Positions 1-8,084 of a stretch of DNA of 61,210 nucleotides are shown in pieces. The stretch's first letter is position 1. Each line of letters starts with the position of its first letter. The notes beneath the pieces are model-generated. The model had not been told where the DNA came from. It ran no database searches and worked only from the letters and a program-made list of their open reading frames with translations. A program made the position numbers and the translations under genes. The stretch comes from Verrucomicrobiota bacterium (GTDB lineage Bacteria; Verrucomicrobiota; Verrucomicrobiia; Limisphaerales; UBA9464), in NCBI GenBank assembly GCA_947454005.1, contig CANGMH010000001.1, positions 1 through 61,210 of the forward strand, written 5' to 3'.

Positions 1-208
1 CGATGCCGTTGGGCAAGGGCAGGAAGGTCCGAAGCCAGTCCTCCCGCGCCCGGCCGAAGTCCTCCATGTCGTAGGCGCTCTCCCCGCCCACCAGCAGCGT
101 GCACACCGCGATGACCAAAAGATCCGTCAACCGGTGCTCCTGGCCACGGTCCACACGCGGGTCGGGCAGTTCGTCGAACACGCTCACCAAACTCATAGGC
201 GTCGCCAT
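1..208 (-). mobile_element. ISAs1-family transposase gene, 5' end only (runs off the left window edge)
   Basis: My own reverse-complement translation from ATG 196 (alternative in-frame ATG 208) gives MSLVSVFDELPDPRVDRGQEHRLTDLLVIAVCTLLVGGESAYDMEDFGRAREDWLRTFLPLPNGI... This follows the conserved N-terminal pattern of ISAs1/H-repeat transposases (from memory, E. coli YhhI: ..[39 protein letters not shown]..). It is absent from the ORF track because the window edge truncates it. Confidence 0.6.
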
Positions 209-318
209 AGGCCACAGGCCTACCACCCCAAAACACAAGGATCCATCCCTATCTCCTCAGCCACCCCTTTTTTCATGCGTCGGCCCTGCAGCCTCTCCTC
301 AAAGGGATCGCCAAACCG

Positions 319-1491
319 GTGCGCACCGGACATCTTCACAGGATGGTCGAGCTCGAGGGTTCCCGATTCTGCCGCCATCTTTCCCCGGGGGAACAGGGGT
401 TGGTCCGGCGGCATGCAGTGCCGCGGGCCTTCCGGGCGGGTGAAGCGGTCTTCGCCGAAGGAGACGAGGGCGACGGGCTCTATGTCGTCCACTCCGGCCT
501 GATCCGCATCACGGCGACCTCGACACCGGACCGGCAACACGTGCTGTCGCGCATGGAGCCGGGCGATTACTTCGGGGAGATGGCGGTGTTCGACGGCGGA
601 CCGCGATCGGCTTCGGCGGTGGCGCTGGAGGATTCGCGGCTCAGTTTCGTGCCGATGGGCACGGTGTCGGAGCTGCTCGCGCGGTCGCCGCTGCTCGCCG
701 CCTCGCTGGTGCGGGACGCGAGCCTGCGCATGCGCGAGTTCAACCGGCGCTTCCTCCAGGAATCGCTCAAGGCCGAACGGCTCCAGCTGGTCGAACGGCT
801 GGCGCGGACCATCGTCCACGACTTCAGGAACCCGCTGAACGTGATCGGCATCGCCGCCGATCTCGCCGCCGAGGAAGCCGCCTCGCAGGACACGCGGGCC
901 TCCGCGCGCGACCGGATCCGCAACCAGGTGGGCGTGCTGAACCGGATGATGCAGGAGCTGCTCGACTTCACCCGCGCGGTTCCGCCGAACGCGGTGCTTC
1001 CCAAGGTGAGCTTCCCCGAGTTCATGCGCGACATCCTGTTCGAGCTGCGTCCCGAGGCCGTCCGCCGAGGCGTGGACCTCGCGGTGGACGGCGAGGTGCC
1101 GGACCTGCGGCTGCGGCTGGATCCCCACCGGCTCACGCGCGTCTTCACCAACCTCTATTCGAACGCCTTCGACGCCATGTCCGGGCGCGAGAACGCGAAG
1201 CTCCTGCTGCGGTTCCGGCAAGACGCCTCGTGGGTGACCGTCGAGCTGTCCGACAACGGAAAGGGGATTCCCGACCAACATCAGGCGCATCTGTTCGAGC
1301 CGTTCTTCACCTACGGCAAGGACCACGGCACCGGCCTCGGGCTCGCCATCTGCGAGCGCATCGTGAGGGAGCACGGCGGGACGATCTCCGTCGAGAGCCG
1401 CAGCGGCCAGGGCGCGCGCTTCGCCTTCACCTTGCCGGTGCCCGCGCCCGACGACACCGACACGGTCGGAAGGCTGTTCAAGAAGGCGTGA
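319..1491 (+). CDS. cyclic-nucleotide-binding domain fused to a histidine kinase (soluble sensor kinase)
   Basis: 390-aa ORF. It has a cNMP-binding signature (FAEGDEGDGLYVVHSGLIRI ... GDYFGEMAVFDGGPRSASAVA), a HisKA H-box (IVHDFRNPLNVI) and HATPase_c boxes (DNGKGIP, GTGLGLAICERIV). The start is GTG 319 or ATG 343. Confidence 0.85.
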   Translation: MRTGHLHRMVELEGSRFCRHLSPGEQGLVRRHAVPRAFRAGEAVFAEGDEGDGLYVVHSGLIRITATSTPDRQHVLSRMEPGDYFGEMAVFDGGPRSASAVALEDSRLSFVPMGTVSELLARSPLLAASLVRDASLRMREFNRRFLQESLKAERLQLVERLARTIVHDFRNPLNVIGIAADLAAEEAASQDTRASARDRIRNQVGVLNRMMQELLDFTRAVPPNAVLPKVSFPEFMRDILFELRPEAVRRGVDLAVDGEVPDLRLRLDPHRLTRVFTNLYSNAFDAMSGRENAKLLLRFRQDASWVTVELSDNGKGIPDQHQAHLFEPFFTYGKDHGTGLGLAICERIVREHGGTISVESRSGQGARFAFTLPVPAPDDTDTVGRLFKKA

Positions 1492-1607
1492 CCGGGGCGT
1501 CGGGACGCGCTCTCCGCAGGTCCTCGCCGGCCTTCCGCGTTGACCCGGCATCCACGGGCGATACGTTCGGCCCCGCAAGCCGCAGAAAACCACATCACGC
1601 ATCCACT

Positions 1608-3038
1608 ATGTCCACACCTGTTCCTTCTCCGGGTCAGCCACAGGGTTCGTCCCGCCGCGATTTCCTCAAGCGCGCCACCGCCGCCGCGACGGTGGCCGGG
1701 GCCGCCAGCAGCCTCGCCGGCTGCGCCACCAGCCAGGGCGGCGTCGCCTCCAGCGTCTCCTCGGGAGTCGCCCCCTACGCGGGACGCGTGCTCGGTGCGA
1801 ACGACAAGATCGTCTGCGGCTTCGTCGGCGTCGGCGGCCAGGGCTACGGCGCGCACGTCAGCACCTGCAAGGACGTGGATGAATCGGCCAACAACATCGC
1901 GCTCGCCGCGATCTGCGACGTCTCCAAGCACCGCGTCGAGGCCGGCAAGGCCAAGGCCGGTCCGCAGGCGCAAGGCTACAGCGACTATCGCCGCGTGCTG
2001 GAGCGGAAGGACATCGACGTCATCTTCTGCGCCACGGTCGACCACTGGCACACCCGTATCACCTGCGACGCGCTGACCGCCGGCAAGCACGTCTACGTCG
2101 AGAAACCGATGACCCGCTACCTCGGCGAGGCCTTCGAGATCTACGACACCGTGCAGCGCACGGGCAAGCTGGTGCAGGTCGGCTCGCAGGGCTGTTCCGA
2201 CAAGAAGTGGCACAAGGCCGCCGAATGGATCCGCGCCGGTAAGATCGGCCCCTTGGTGATGAGCCAGGGCAGCTACATGCGGAACAGCCCGAAGGGCGAG
2301 TGGAACTACACCATCCAGAAGTGGTGCACGCCCGAGGACGTCAACTGGGCGGACTGGATGGGCAAGCAGATCAAGAACAAGGTCGCATTCAACCCCGACC
2401 ACTACTTCCGTTGGCGCAAGTACCAGCCCTACTGCTCCGGCCTCTTGGGCGACCTCTTCCCGCACAAGCTGCATCCTTACATGCTCGCCACCGGCAACCC
2501 GGAGTTCCCGCTCCGCGTCGCCAGCGTCGGCAACCGCAAGGTGAACACCGACTCGAAGTCGGAGGGCGATTCCAAGACCGCATACACCCGCGACGTGCCG
2601 GAGATCGTGCAGCTCATCGCCGAGTTCCCCAGCGGCATGGTGATGCACATCACGTCGAGCACGGTGAACGAGCAGGGCACGCAGGAGATGATCCGCGGCC
2701 ACAAGGCGACGCTCACCATGGCCGGCAACAAGGTCGAGCTGAAGCCCGAGCGCCCGTTCGCCGAGGAGATCGACCCGGTCACCAGCGAGCCGTTCACCGG
2801 CGAGAACTCCGAGAGCGTGGCCAACCACCACCGCAACTTCTTCAAGGCCATCCGGGGCCTCGAACCGCAGAACTGCGGCATCGACCTCGCCGTGAAGGTG
2901 CAAACGGTCATCTCGCTCGCCGAGATGAGCGAGCGCCTCGGCATGATGTGCTACTTCGATCCCAAGACCCGCAAGGTCAGCGACGGCTCCGGCCGCGAGA
3001 TCAAGGCCATCACCTACGGCTCTCTCGCCGCGTCCTGA
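1608..3038 (+). CDS. Gfo/Idh/MocA-family oxidoreductase with twin-arginine (TAT) signal
   Basis: The real start is ATG 1608, inside the 602-aa ORF: MSTPVPSPGQPQGSSRRDFLKRATAAATVAGAAS (SRRDFLK TAT motif). It has a Rossmann start (IVCGFVGVGGQGYGAH) and the family motif HVYVEKPM. The upstream 126 codons are Arg-rich junk that overlaps the end of the kinase gene. Confidence 0.85.
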   Translation: MSTPVPSPGQPQGSSRRDFLKRATAAATVAGAASSLAGCATSQGGVASSVSSGVAPYAGRVLGANDKIVCGFVGVGGQGYGAHVSTCKDVDESANNIALAAICDVSKHRVEAGKAKAGPQAQGYSDYRRVLERKDIDVIFCATVDHWHTRITCDALTAGKHVYVEKPMTRYLGEAFEIYDTVQRTGKLVQVGSQGCSDKKWHKAAEWIRAGKIGPLVMSQGSYMRNSPKGEWNYTIQKWCTPEDVNWADWMGKQIKNKVAFNPDHYFRWRKYQPYCSGLLGDLFPHKLHPYMLATGNPEFPLRVASVGNRKVNTDSKSEGDSKTAYTRDVPEIVQLIAEFPSGMVMHITSSTVNEQGTQEMIRGHKATLTMAGNKVELKPERPFAEEIDPVTSEPFTGENSESVANHHRNFFKAIRGLEPQNCGIDLAVKVQTVISLAEMSERLGMMCYFDPKTRKVSDGSGREIKAITYGSLAAS

Positions 3039-3059
3039 ACTGCCGGACATGCCGCAAGC

Positions 3060-3096
3060 ACCGCCGGTTCCCGCGAGGGGGCCGGCGGTTTTTTTT
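3060..3096 (+). terminator. Rho-independent terminator downstream of the oxidoreductase gene
   Basis: The stem pairs accgccggttccc with gggggccggcggt (13 bp including two G.U pairs) around a gcga tetraloop. A run of 8 T follows (3089-3096), starting 22 nt after the stop codon. Confidence 0.8.
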
Positions 3097-3215
3097 GTCC
3101 GGTGGGCCAACCATCGGCGCAAGGAAGGAGCATGTGGATTCTGGAAAGCAGGAAAGCAGGAGGAGCCGGTTGGCCTGTCTTCGATCTCTGCCACGGTCCG
3201 ACGTTCTGACCGCTT

Positions 3216-4016
3216 GTGGTCGGCGCCCGGAGCCGGGAGGCTCCCCGCCTCGTGCTGCCCGATCTCACCGCCGTCCAGTGGCTGCTCGCCGCGCTCGCCG
3301 GCGTGGGCATCGGTGTGTCCAAGAGCGGATTGCCCGGCATCAGCTTGCTGCATGTGGTGATCTTCGCGCAGCTCTTCCCCGGCCTCGCCTCCACCGGCGT
3401 CGTGCTGCCGATGCTCGTCTGCGGCGACATCGGCGCGGTGCTGCTCTTCCGCCGCGACGCCCGTTGGCCGCACATCGCGCGCACCTTGCCGCCGGCCGTG
3501 GCGGGCGTGGCCATCGGCTGGGGCATCATGCGTTGGGCGCAGGCGGCGCAACTGCCCGCGGCCCGGTTCAACCCGGTGATCGGCGGCATCGTGCTCGTGC
3601 TCGCGCTCGTCCAGCTGGGCCGCAACTGGAAGCCGGATCTTTTCGCGCGGTTGCCGCATTCCGCCGCGTTCGCGTGGACGATGGGCCTGGTCGCCGGCGT
3701 CACGACGATGCTGGCCAACGCCGCCGGTCCGGTGATGGGCCTGTACCTCTTGGCGGTGGCATTGCCGAAGGAGGCCTTCGTCGGGACGGCCGCATGGTTC
3801 TTCCTGCTGATCAATCTGATCAAGGTGCCCTTCAGCGCGCAGCTGGGGCTGATCACCTTCCCGTCGCTCGCGTTCAACGCGGCCCTCGTCCCGTTCATCG
3901 CCTCAGGCCTGTTCCTCGGCCGCGCGGTGGTGTCGCGGCTGCCGCAGCGGTGGTTCGACACCTTGATCCTCGCCTTCGCCGGCGTCGCGGCGATGCGCTT
4001 GCTCGGCGTTTTCTGA
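3216..4016 (+). CDS. TauE/SafE-family (sulfite exporter-like) membrane protein
   Basis: The protein is polytopic and hydrophobic, with repeated halves typical of TauE (LAGVGIGVSKSGLPGISLL ... AGVTTMLANAAGPVMGLYLL). The ORF-track start is GTG 3216. I prefer GTG 3252 (MLPDLTAVQW...), which has a GGGAGG box 11 nt upstream. Confidence 0.7.
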   Translation: MVGARSREAPRLVLPDLTAVQWLLAALAGVGIGVSKSGLPGISLLHVVIFAQLFPGLASTGVVLPMLVCGDIGAVLLFRRDARWPHIARTLPPAVAGVAIGWGIMRWAQAAQLPAARFNPVIGGIVLVLALVQLGRNWKPDLFARLPHSAAFAWTMGLVAGVTTMLANAAGPVMGLYLLAVALPKEAFVGTAAWFFLLINLIKVPFSAQLGLITFPSLAFNAALVPFIASGLFLGRAVVSRLPQRWFDTLILAFAGVAAMRLLGVF

Positions 4017-4099
4017 ACAGCGGATCCGGTGCGATCCGACCGCCTGCGCCCGGGACCGGGACCGAATTGCGGTCCGGCGTTCCCGCTCTACCCTGCACC

Positions 4100-4690
4100 G
4101 TGTCAAAAACGCTCCTCGGGTTCCTCGCCGCCGGTGTCGTGGTCGCCGTCGTCGTCGGACTGACCGGTTGCCAAGCCACGCGCGCCGGCTACGCCTCGGC
4201 GCCGTACCGCGTCGTCCGGACCGACGGGAAGGTCGAGATCCGCGACTATCCGGAGCTGCGCCTCGCCGAGACGCCGATGGGCGGCGACGATTTCAGGCGC
4301 CTCTTCGGCTACATCTCGCGCGGCAACTCCGGGAACCAGAAGATCGCCATGACCACGCCGGTCTTCATGGCCGAACCCGCGGATTCCACCCGTACGATGG
4401 CTTTCGTGCTGCCGGAAGGTCTGGCGACCCCGCCGTCGCCGACGAACTCCGCGGTCGCCATCCGCCGGATGAGGCCGGGCCGGTTCGCGGTGCTGCGGTT
4501 CCGCGGTTCGCGGCAAGGACCCGAAGGCGAGGCCGCGACGCGCCTCCGCGCCTGGACCCGCACGCAAGGCCTCGCCACCACCGGCGTCCCGATGTTCGCC
4601 TATTTCGATCCGCCGTGGACACCGGGCTTCCTGAGGCGCAACGAGGTGATGATCCCGCTCGCGGAACCCGCGGCAGATCCGTCGCGGTGA
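4100..4690 (+). CDS. SOUL heme-binding family lipoprotein
   Basis: This is the C-terminal part of the 796-aa ORF. A GTG at 4100 gives VSKTLLGFLAAGVVVAVVVGLTGC (lipobox), followed by SOUL-like YEVRDYPELRLAE / NSGNQKIAMTTPVFM / FAYFDPPWTPGFLRRNEVMIPL. The upstream 1.8 kb of the ORF is an off-frame shadow. The start is uncertain (TTG 4067 is also possible). Confidence 0.7.
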   Translation: MSKTLLGFLAAGVVVAVVVGLTGCQATRAGYASAPYRVVRTDGKVEIRDYPELRLAETPMGGDDFRRLFGYISRGNSGNQKIAMTTPVFMAEPADSTRTMAFVLPEGLATPPSPTNSAVAIRRMRPGRFAVLRFRGSRQGPEGEAATRLRAWTRTQGLATTGVPMFAYFDPPWTPGFLRRNEVMIPLAEPAADPSR

Positions 4691-4778
4691 ACCACCGGGA
4701 GCCTCCGAGGGCCAAGGCCCGATTTCCAGATGCGCTCCGACGCGTCGGCGTCCAATTTCGGCCGGTCACGGGTCCGCC

Positions 4779-5243
4779 ATGGACGACAAGAACCTCAGCG
4801 CCATCCGCAACTTCCGCCGGATCGACGACCGGATCGCGACGGGCGGGCAACCGACCGAAGGGCAGTTGCGCGACCTCGCGGACGCCGGCTTCGCCTGCGT
4901 CATCAACCTCGCGCTGACGACGTCGACCGATGCGCTGGCCGACGAACCGGGCAGCGTGCGCGCCCTCGGCCTCGAACACATCCACATCCCGGTCGACTTC
5001 GAGGCACCGACGGCCGAGGACTACGCGAGCTTCGCGGCGGCGATGCGGGAGTGGCGGGGACGACACCTGTTCGTCCATTGCGCCGCCAACCACCGGGTCT
5101 CGGTCTTCTTCGCCATCCATCGGGTGACCGTGCTCGGTTGGCGACGCGAAGACGCCTTGGCCGCGGTGCGCGACATCTGGGAACCCGATGCGGTGTGGAC
5201 GGCCTTCTTCGCCGCGCGCTGCGGGGCCGCCCGGGGCGCGTGA
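4779..5243 (+). CDS. DUF442 / protein-tyrosine-phosphatase-like (CX5R) family protein
   Basis: 154-aa ORF. It has IATGGQPTEGQLRDLADAGFACVINL and the active-site-like loop HCAANHRVS (C-X5-R-S). Confidence 0.7.
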   Translation: MDDKNLSAIRNFRRIDDRIATGGQPTEGQLRDLADAGFACVINLALTTSTDALADEPGSVRALGLEHIHIPVDFEAPTAEDYASFAAAMREWRGRHLFVHCAANHRVSVFFAIHRVTVLGWRREDALAAVRDIWEPDAVWTAFFAARCGAARGA

Positions 5244-5252
5244 CGCCCGGCG

Positions 5253-6617
5253 TCAGACGTTCTGCGGCGTCGGATGTTCGTATGGGGCGCGGTACGGACG
5301 GGCGAGCAGCGCGTTGGCTTCGGGATCGCCGACCACCTGGTGCTTCACCGGGTCCCACTTGAGCGTGCGACCGAGCTGCAGCGACAGGTTCGCCAGGATG
5401 CACGAGGCGCTGGAGATGTGGCCTTGCTCGATGTCGGCGACCGGCTTCTCGCGGGTCTCGATGCACGCGAGCAGGTTCTTCATGTGGCCGCGGATCGCGG
5501 GTGCGACATGCTTCTCGAGGTCCTTCTCGACGTCGTCCTCCGGATACTTGTCGAGCTCCATGACCTGGTCCTTGTGGATGGTCGGTCCGCCGTCGCGCGG
5601 GATGAAATCGTAGCGGAAGACGCTGGCCTTCAGCGTGCCCTTCTCGCCGTGGATGATCGCGGCCCACGGATGGTCGGGATCGGGCATGTTCCCCCAGGTG
5701 CGGTGGTTCCAGGTGACCTGGAACCCGTCGAAATCGAAGGTCGCGGTCTGCGTGTCGGTGATGTTGGCGCGGGCCTGCTTGTCGTTGAGCACGCCGCCCC
5801 AGGAGGTGACCGACTTGGGCCAGCCGAGGCCGAGCATCCAGCGGGTCATGTCGAGCATGTGGACGCACATGTCGCCGACGATGCCGTTGCCGTACTGCAT
5901 GTAGGCCCGCCAACCGCGGGGATGCACGATCTTGTTGTAGGGCATCATCGGCGCGGGCCCGACCCAGCGCTCGTAGTCGAGGTGGTCCGGCGGCGCGGTG
6001 TCGGGCGCGGTGGCGAGCGTGTCGCGGCTGCGCATGTGCCAGTAGCAGCAGATATCGACGCTGATGATCTTTCCGAGCGCGCCGGAATCGATGAAGCGCT
6101 CCTTGGCCTCGATGAGATGCGGCGTGCTGCGGCGCTGGGTACCGATCTGGACGACGCGGCCGTGCTTGCGCGCCGCGGCCAGCATCGCCTGGCTCTCGAC
6201 GATGTCGACGCCGGTGGGTTTCTGGCAGTAGAGGTCGGCGCCGGACTTGCAGGCCTCGATCATCGGCAGCGCATGCCAATGGTCCGGCGTGGCGATCTCG
6301 ACGATGTCGAGGTCCTTCTCGGCGAGCATCTGCCGATAATCGCTGTAGAGGCGCGGACGTTTGCCGGACTTGTTCTTCTTCGCGACGGTGTCGGCGCAGT
6401 CCGCGAGCAGGCGTTTGTCCACGTCGCAGAGGGAGACCACCTCGACCGGGGCGACCTGCATGAGGCGGAAGAGGTCGCTCTTGCCGTACCAGCCGGTGCC
6501 GATGAGGCCGACCCGTTTCGGCTTGGGCTCGGCGGCGAACGTGGTCGGGACGTAGCTCGCGGCGGCGGCGACGGCGAGCGCGGTGGAGCCTTGGTGGAGG
6601 AAGGTGCGGCGTGTCAT
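5253..6617 (-). CDS. Gfo/Idh/MocA-family oxidoreductase with TAT signal
   Basis: 454-aa ORF. It starts MTRRTFLHQGSTALAVAAAA (TAT motif) and has RVGLIGTGWYGKSDL (Rossmann), DLYCQKP and a C-terminal Gfo/Idh/MocA-like domain. Confidence 0.85.
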   Translation of the reverse strand: MTRRTFLHQGSTALAVAAAASYVPTTFAAEPKPKRVGLIGTGWYGKSDLFRLMQVAPVEVVSLCDVDKRLLADCADTVAKKNKSGKRPRLYSDYRQMLAEKDLDIVEIATPDHWHALPMIEACKSGADLYCQKPTGVDIVESQAMLAAARKHGRVVQIGTQRRSTPHLIEAKERFIDSGALGKIISVDICCYWHMRSRDTLATAPDTAPPDHLDYERWVGPAPMMPYNKIVHPRGWRAYMQYGNGIVGDMCVHMLDMTRWMLGLGWPKSVTSWGGVLNDKQARANITDTQTATFDFDGFQVTWNHRTWGNMPDPDHPWAAIIHGEKGTLKASVFRYDFIPRDGGPTIHKDQVMELDKYPEDDVEKDLEKHVAPAIRGHMKNLLACIETREKPVADIEQGHISSASCILANLSLQLGRTLKWDPVKHQVVGDPEANALLARPYRAPYEHPTPQNV

Positions 6618-6698
6618 GCGCCCTTGCTAATGGGAGGAGAGCGGGGACACAAGCCCGCGGAGGGAGAGGATCCCGTTCCGCTCCCTCACGGCCGGCTC

Positions 6699-7961
6699 TC
6701 AGATCCCCGGGACTTCCGGCAGGACGATCGACGGCGCCTTCCCGTTCGGGATCCGCTCGAAACGCTCGCCGAAGCGCGTGGATGCCGGGCCGAAGCCGCC
6801 GTGCGACAGATAGAACCGCCCGTCCTCGGTCCCCATCGACCGGTCGAGCCGGGCCTTCTTCCCGGTGGGATCATGGCTGAAGGTCGCCACCGTGAGCTCG
6901 GTCCATCGGCCGTCCGAGGTCCGGATCCACTGGTCGCCGTAGAGCGCCTTGCGCCGGAGGTGCCCGTTGCTGCCCCAGAAATTCTCGCTGAAGCTGTGCA
7001 GGCCGCGGAGACGTCCACCGTCCTTCGGCGCCTTGAAGCTCGCGATCAGACGCCAACGGGTCTCCCCGGCCGCAAGAAAGTAGCCGGTGTAGACGGTGTG
7101 CGTCGCGTCGGCCGGACGCGCGGTGACGTAGAAGCGCTGGGTCTCGCCGGTCTTCCACGGGAAGACCAGATGGCTGTGGCCGCCCGTGCCTTCGTTGCCG
7201 AAATCGTTGGCGACCACCCCGTCCCCCTTGGCGAGCAGCTGCACGCGGTCCTCTTTAGCGACCTTGGCGCGGTCCACCGCCTCGTTCCCGCTATCCCAGA
7301 CGCTGAAGATGATCCGCCGCTCGGTCGCGCTGTTGACCTGCATGCCGAAGTAACCGCGATGCCAGCCGCACGCCATGTAGAACGTGGCGACGGGGTCGTC
7401 GACCGCGGTGACCTCGTCGTAGAAGCCTTCGATCGGCAGGTCCTTCGGCGTGGGGTAGGCGAGGTGGACGGATGCGGCGTTGCGGCGTTCCTCCAGATTG
7501 AAGTGCGCGTCCGCCATCGCCGGCCCGTCGAGCAGGAGGGCGTCGAGGTCGCCGGACGGGCTTCCCGCCGCGTTGAGCGAAGCGAGCTCGAAGCGCAGCG
7601 GACCGGCCGCGGTCGCCTCGAACGCGCCGAAGCCCGCCGTGACGAGCTTGTCCTCGCCCGCGCCGGTGACCGAGGCATCGCGCGACTGCCCGGCCGCGGT
7701 CAGCCGCAGCTTCGAGACGGTGCCCGCGGGCAACCGCAAGGCGACCGACGCGGTGAACGTCCCAGCGGACTTGACGTCACCGAACCAGAGCACCTTCAGC
7801 GCGGGGTCCTTCCAGCCTCGGATCCCGTGCTTCTCGGAGACGCGGGCGCCTTCGGGCGAAGGATCGAGATAGGCCGTGAACGCAGGCACCCGCAGCTCGG
7901 CGACGGCGACGGACGAGGCCAGGCACAAACCCAGCCACGCGGGGAAGAGGAGACGTTTCAT
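6699..7961 (-). CDS. secreted DUF5077/DUF3472 domain protein
   Basis: The real start is ATG 7961 (MKRLLFPAWLGLCLASSVAVA signal peptide), inside the 736-aa ORF. The DUF3472-like core is FYMACGWHRGYFGMQVNSATERRIIFSVWDSG ... LHSFSENFWGSNGHLRRKALYGDQW. The family assignment is from memory. Confidence 0.7.
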   Translation of the reverse strand: MKRLLFPAWLGLCLASSVAVAELRVPAFTAYLDPSPEGARVSEKHGIRGWKDPALKVLWFGDVKSAGTFTASVALRLPAGTVSKLRLTAAGQSRDASVTGAGEDKLVTAGFGAFEATAAGPLRFELASLNAAGSPSGDLDALLLDGPAMADAHFNLEERRNAASVHLAYPTPKDLPIEGFYDEVTAVDDPVATFYMACGWHRGYFGMQVNSATERRIIFSVWDSGNEAVDRAKVAKEDRVQLLAKGDGVVANDFGNEGTGGHSHLVFPWKTGETQRFYVTARPADATHTVYTGYFLAAGETRWRLIASFKAPKDGGRLRGLHSFSENFWGSNGHLRRKALYGDQWIRTSDGRWTELTVATFSHDPTGKKARLDRSMGTEDGRFYLSHGGFGPASTRFGERFERIPNGKAPSIVLPEVPGI

Positions 7962-8084
7962 CCGGGCCGCGAGGCTAGCACGGACGGCGCCGCGAGGCAG
8001 CGTCCGCTTCCGCCGGTGCCGGGTTTTCCGGTCCTTCCGCGCATTTGCTAACGCATCGGCGCGACCTATCCGTAAGGTCGGCAC

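Noticed and set aside
3207-3209. The in-frame TGA between the small SD-led ORF and the TauE-like gene read as selenocysteine or programmed readthrough.
   Set aside because: I could not identify a SECIS-like hairpin immediately downstream. TauE proteins are not known selenoproteins, and a separate GTG start with its own GGGAGG box (3252) explains the gene.
220-3659. Long minus-strand ORFs 220..1602 (460 aa) and 1311..3659 (782 aa).
   Set aside because: They run antisense to the kinase and oxidoreductase genes, both of which have clear domain motifs. Their translations are Arg/Gly/Ala/Pro/His-rich low-complexity strings, typical shadow ORFs of high-GC DNA.
2300-4099. The upstream 600 codons of the 796-aa ORF 2300..4690.
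   Set aside because: Only the last ~196 codons (from GTG 4100) look like a protein, a SOUL-family lipoprotein. The rest overlaps the oxidoreductase and TauE genes out of frame and is Arg/Pro-rich junk.
5274-8051. The 925-aa plus-strand ORF.
   Set aside because: It is antisense to two well-supported minus-strand genes (Gfo/Idh/MocA and DUF3472), and its composition is dominated by R, G, A, D, V and E runs with no motifs.
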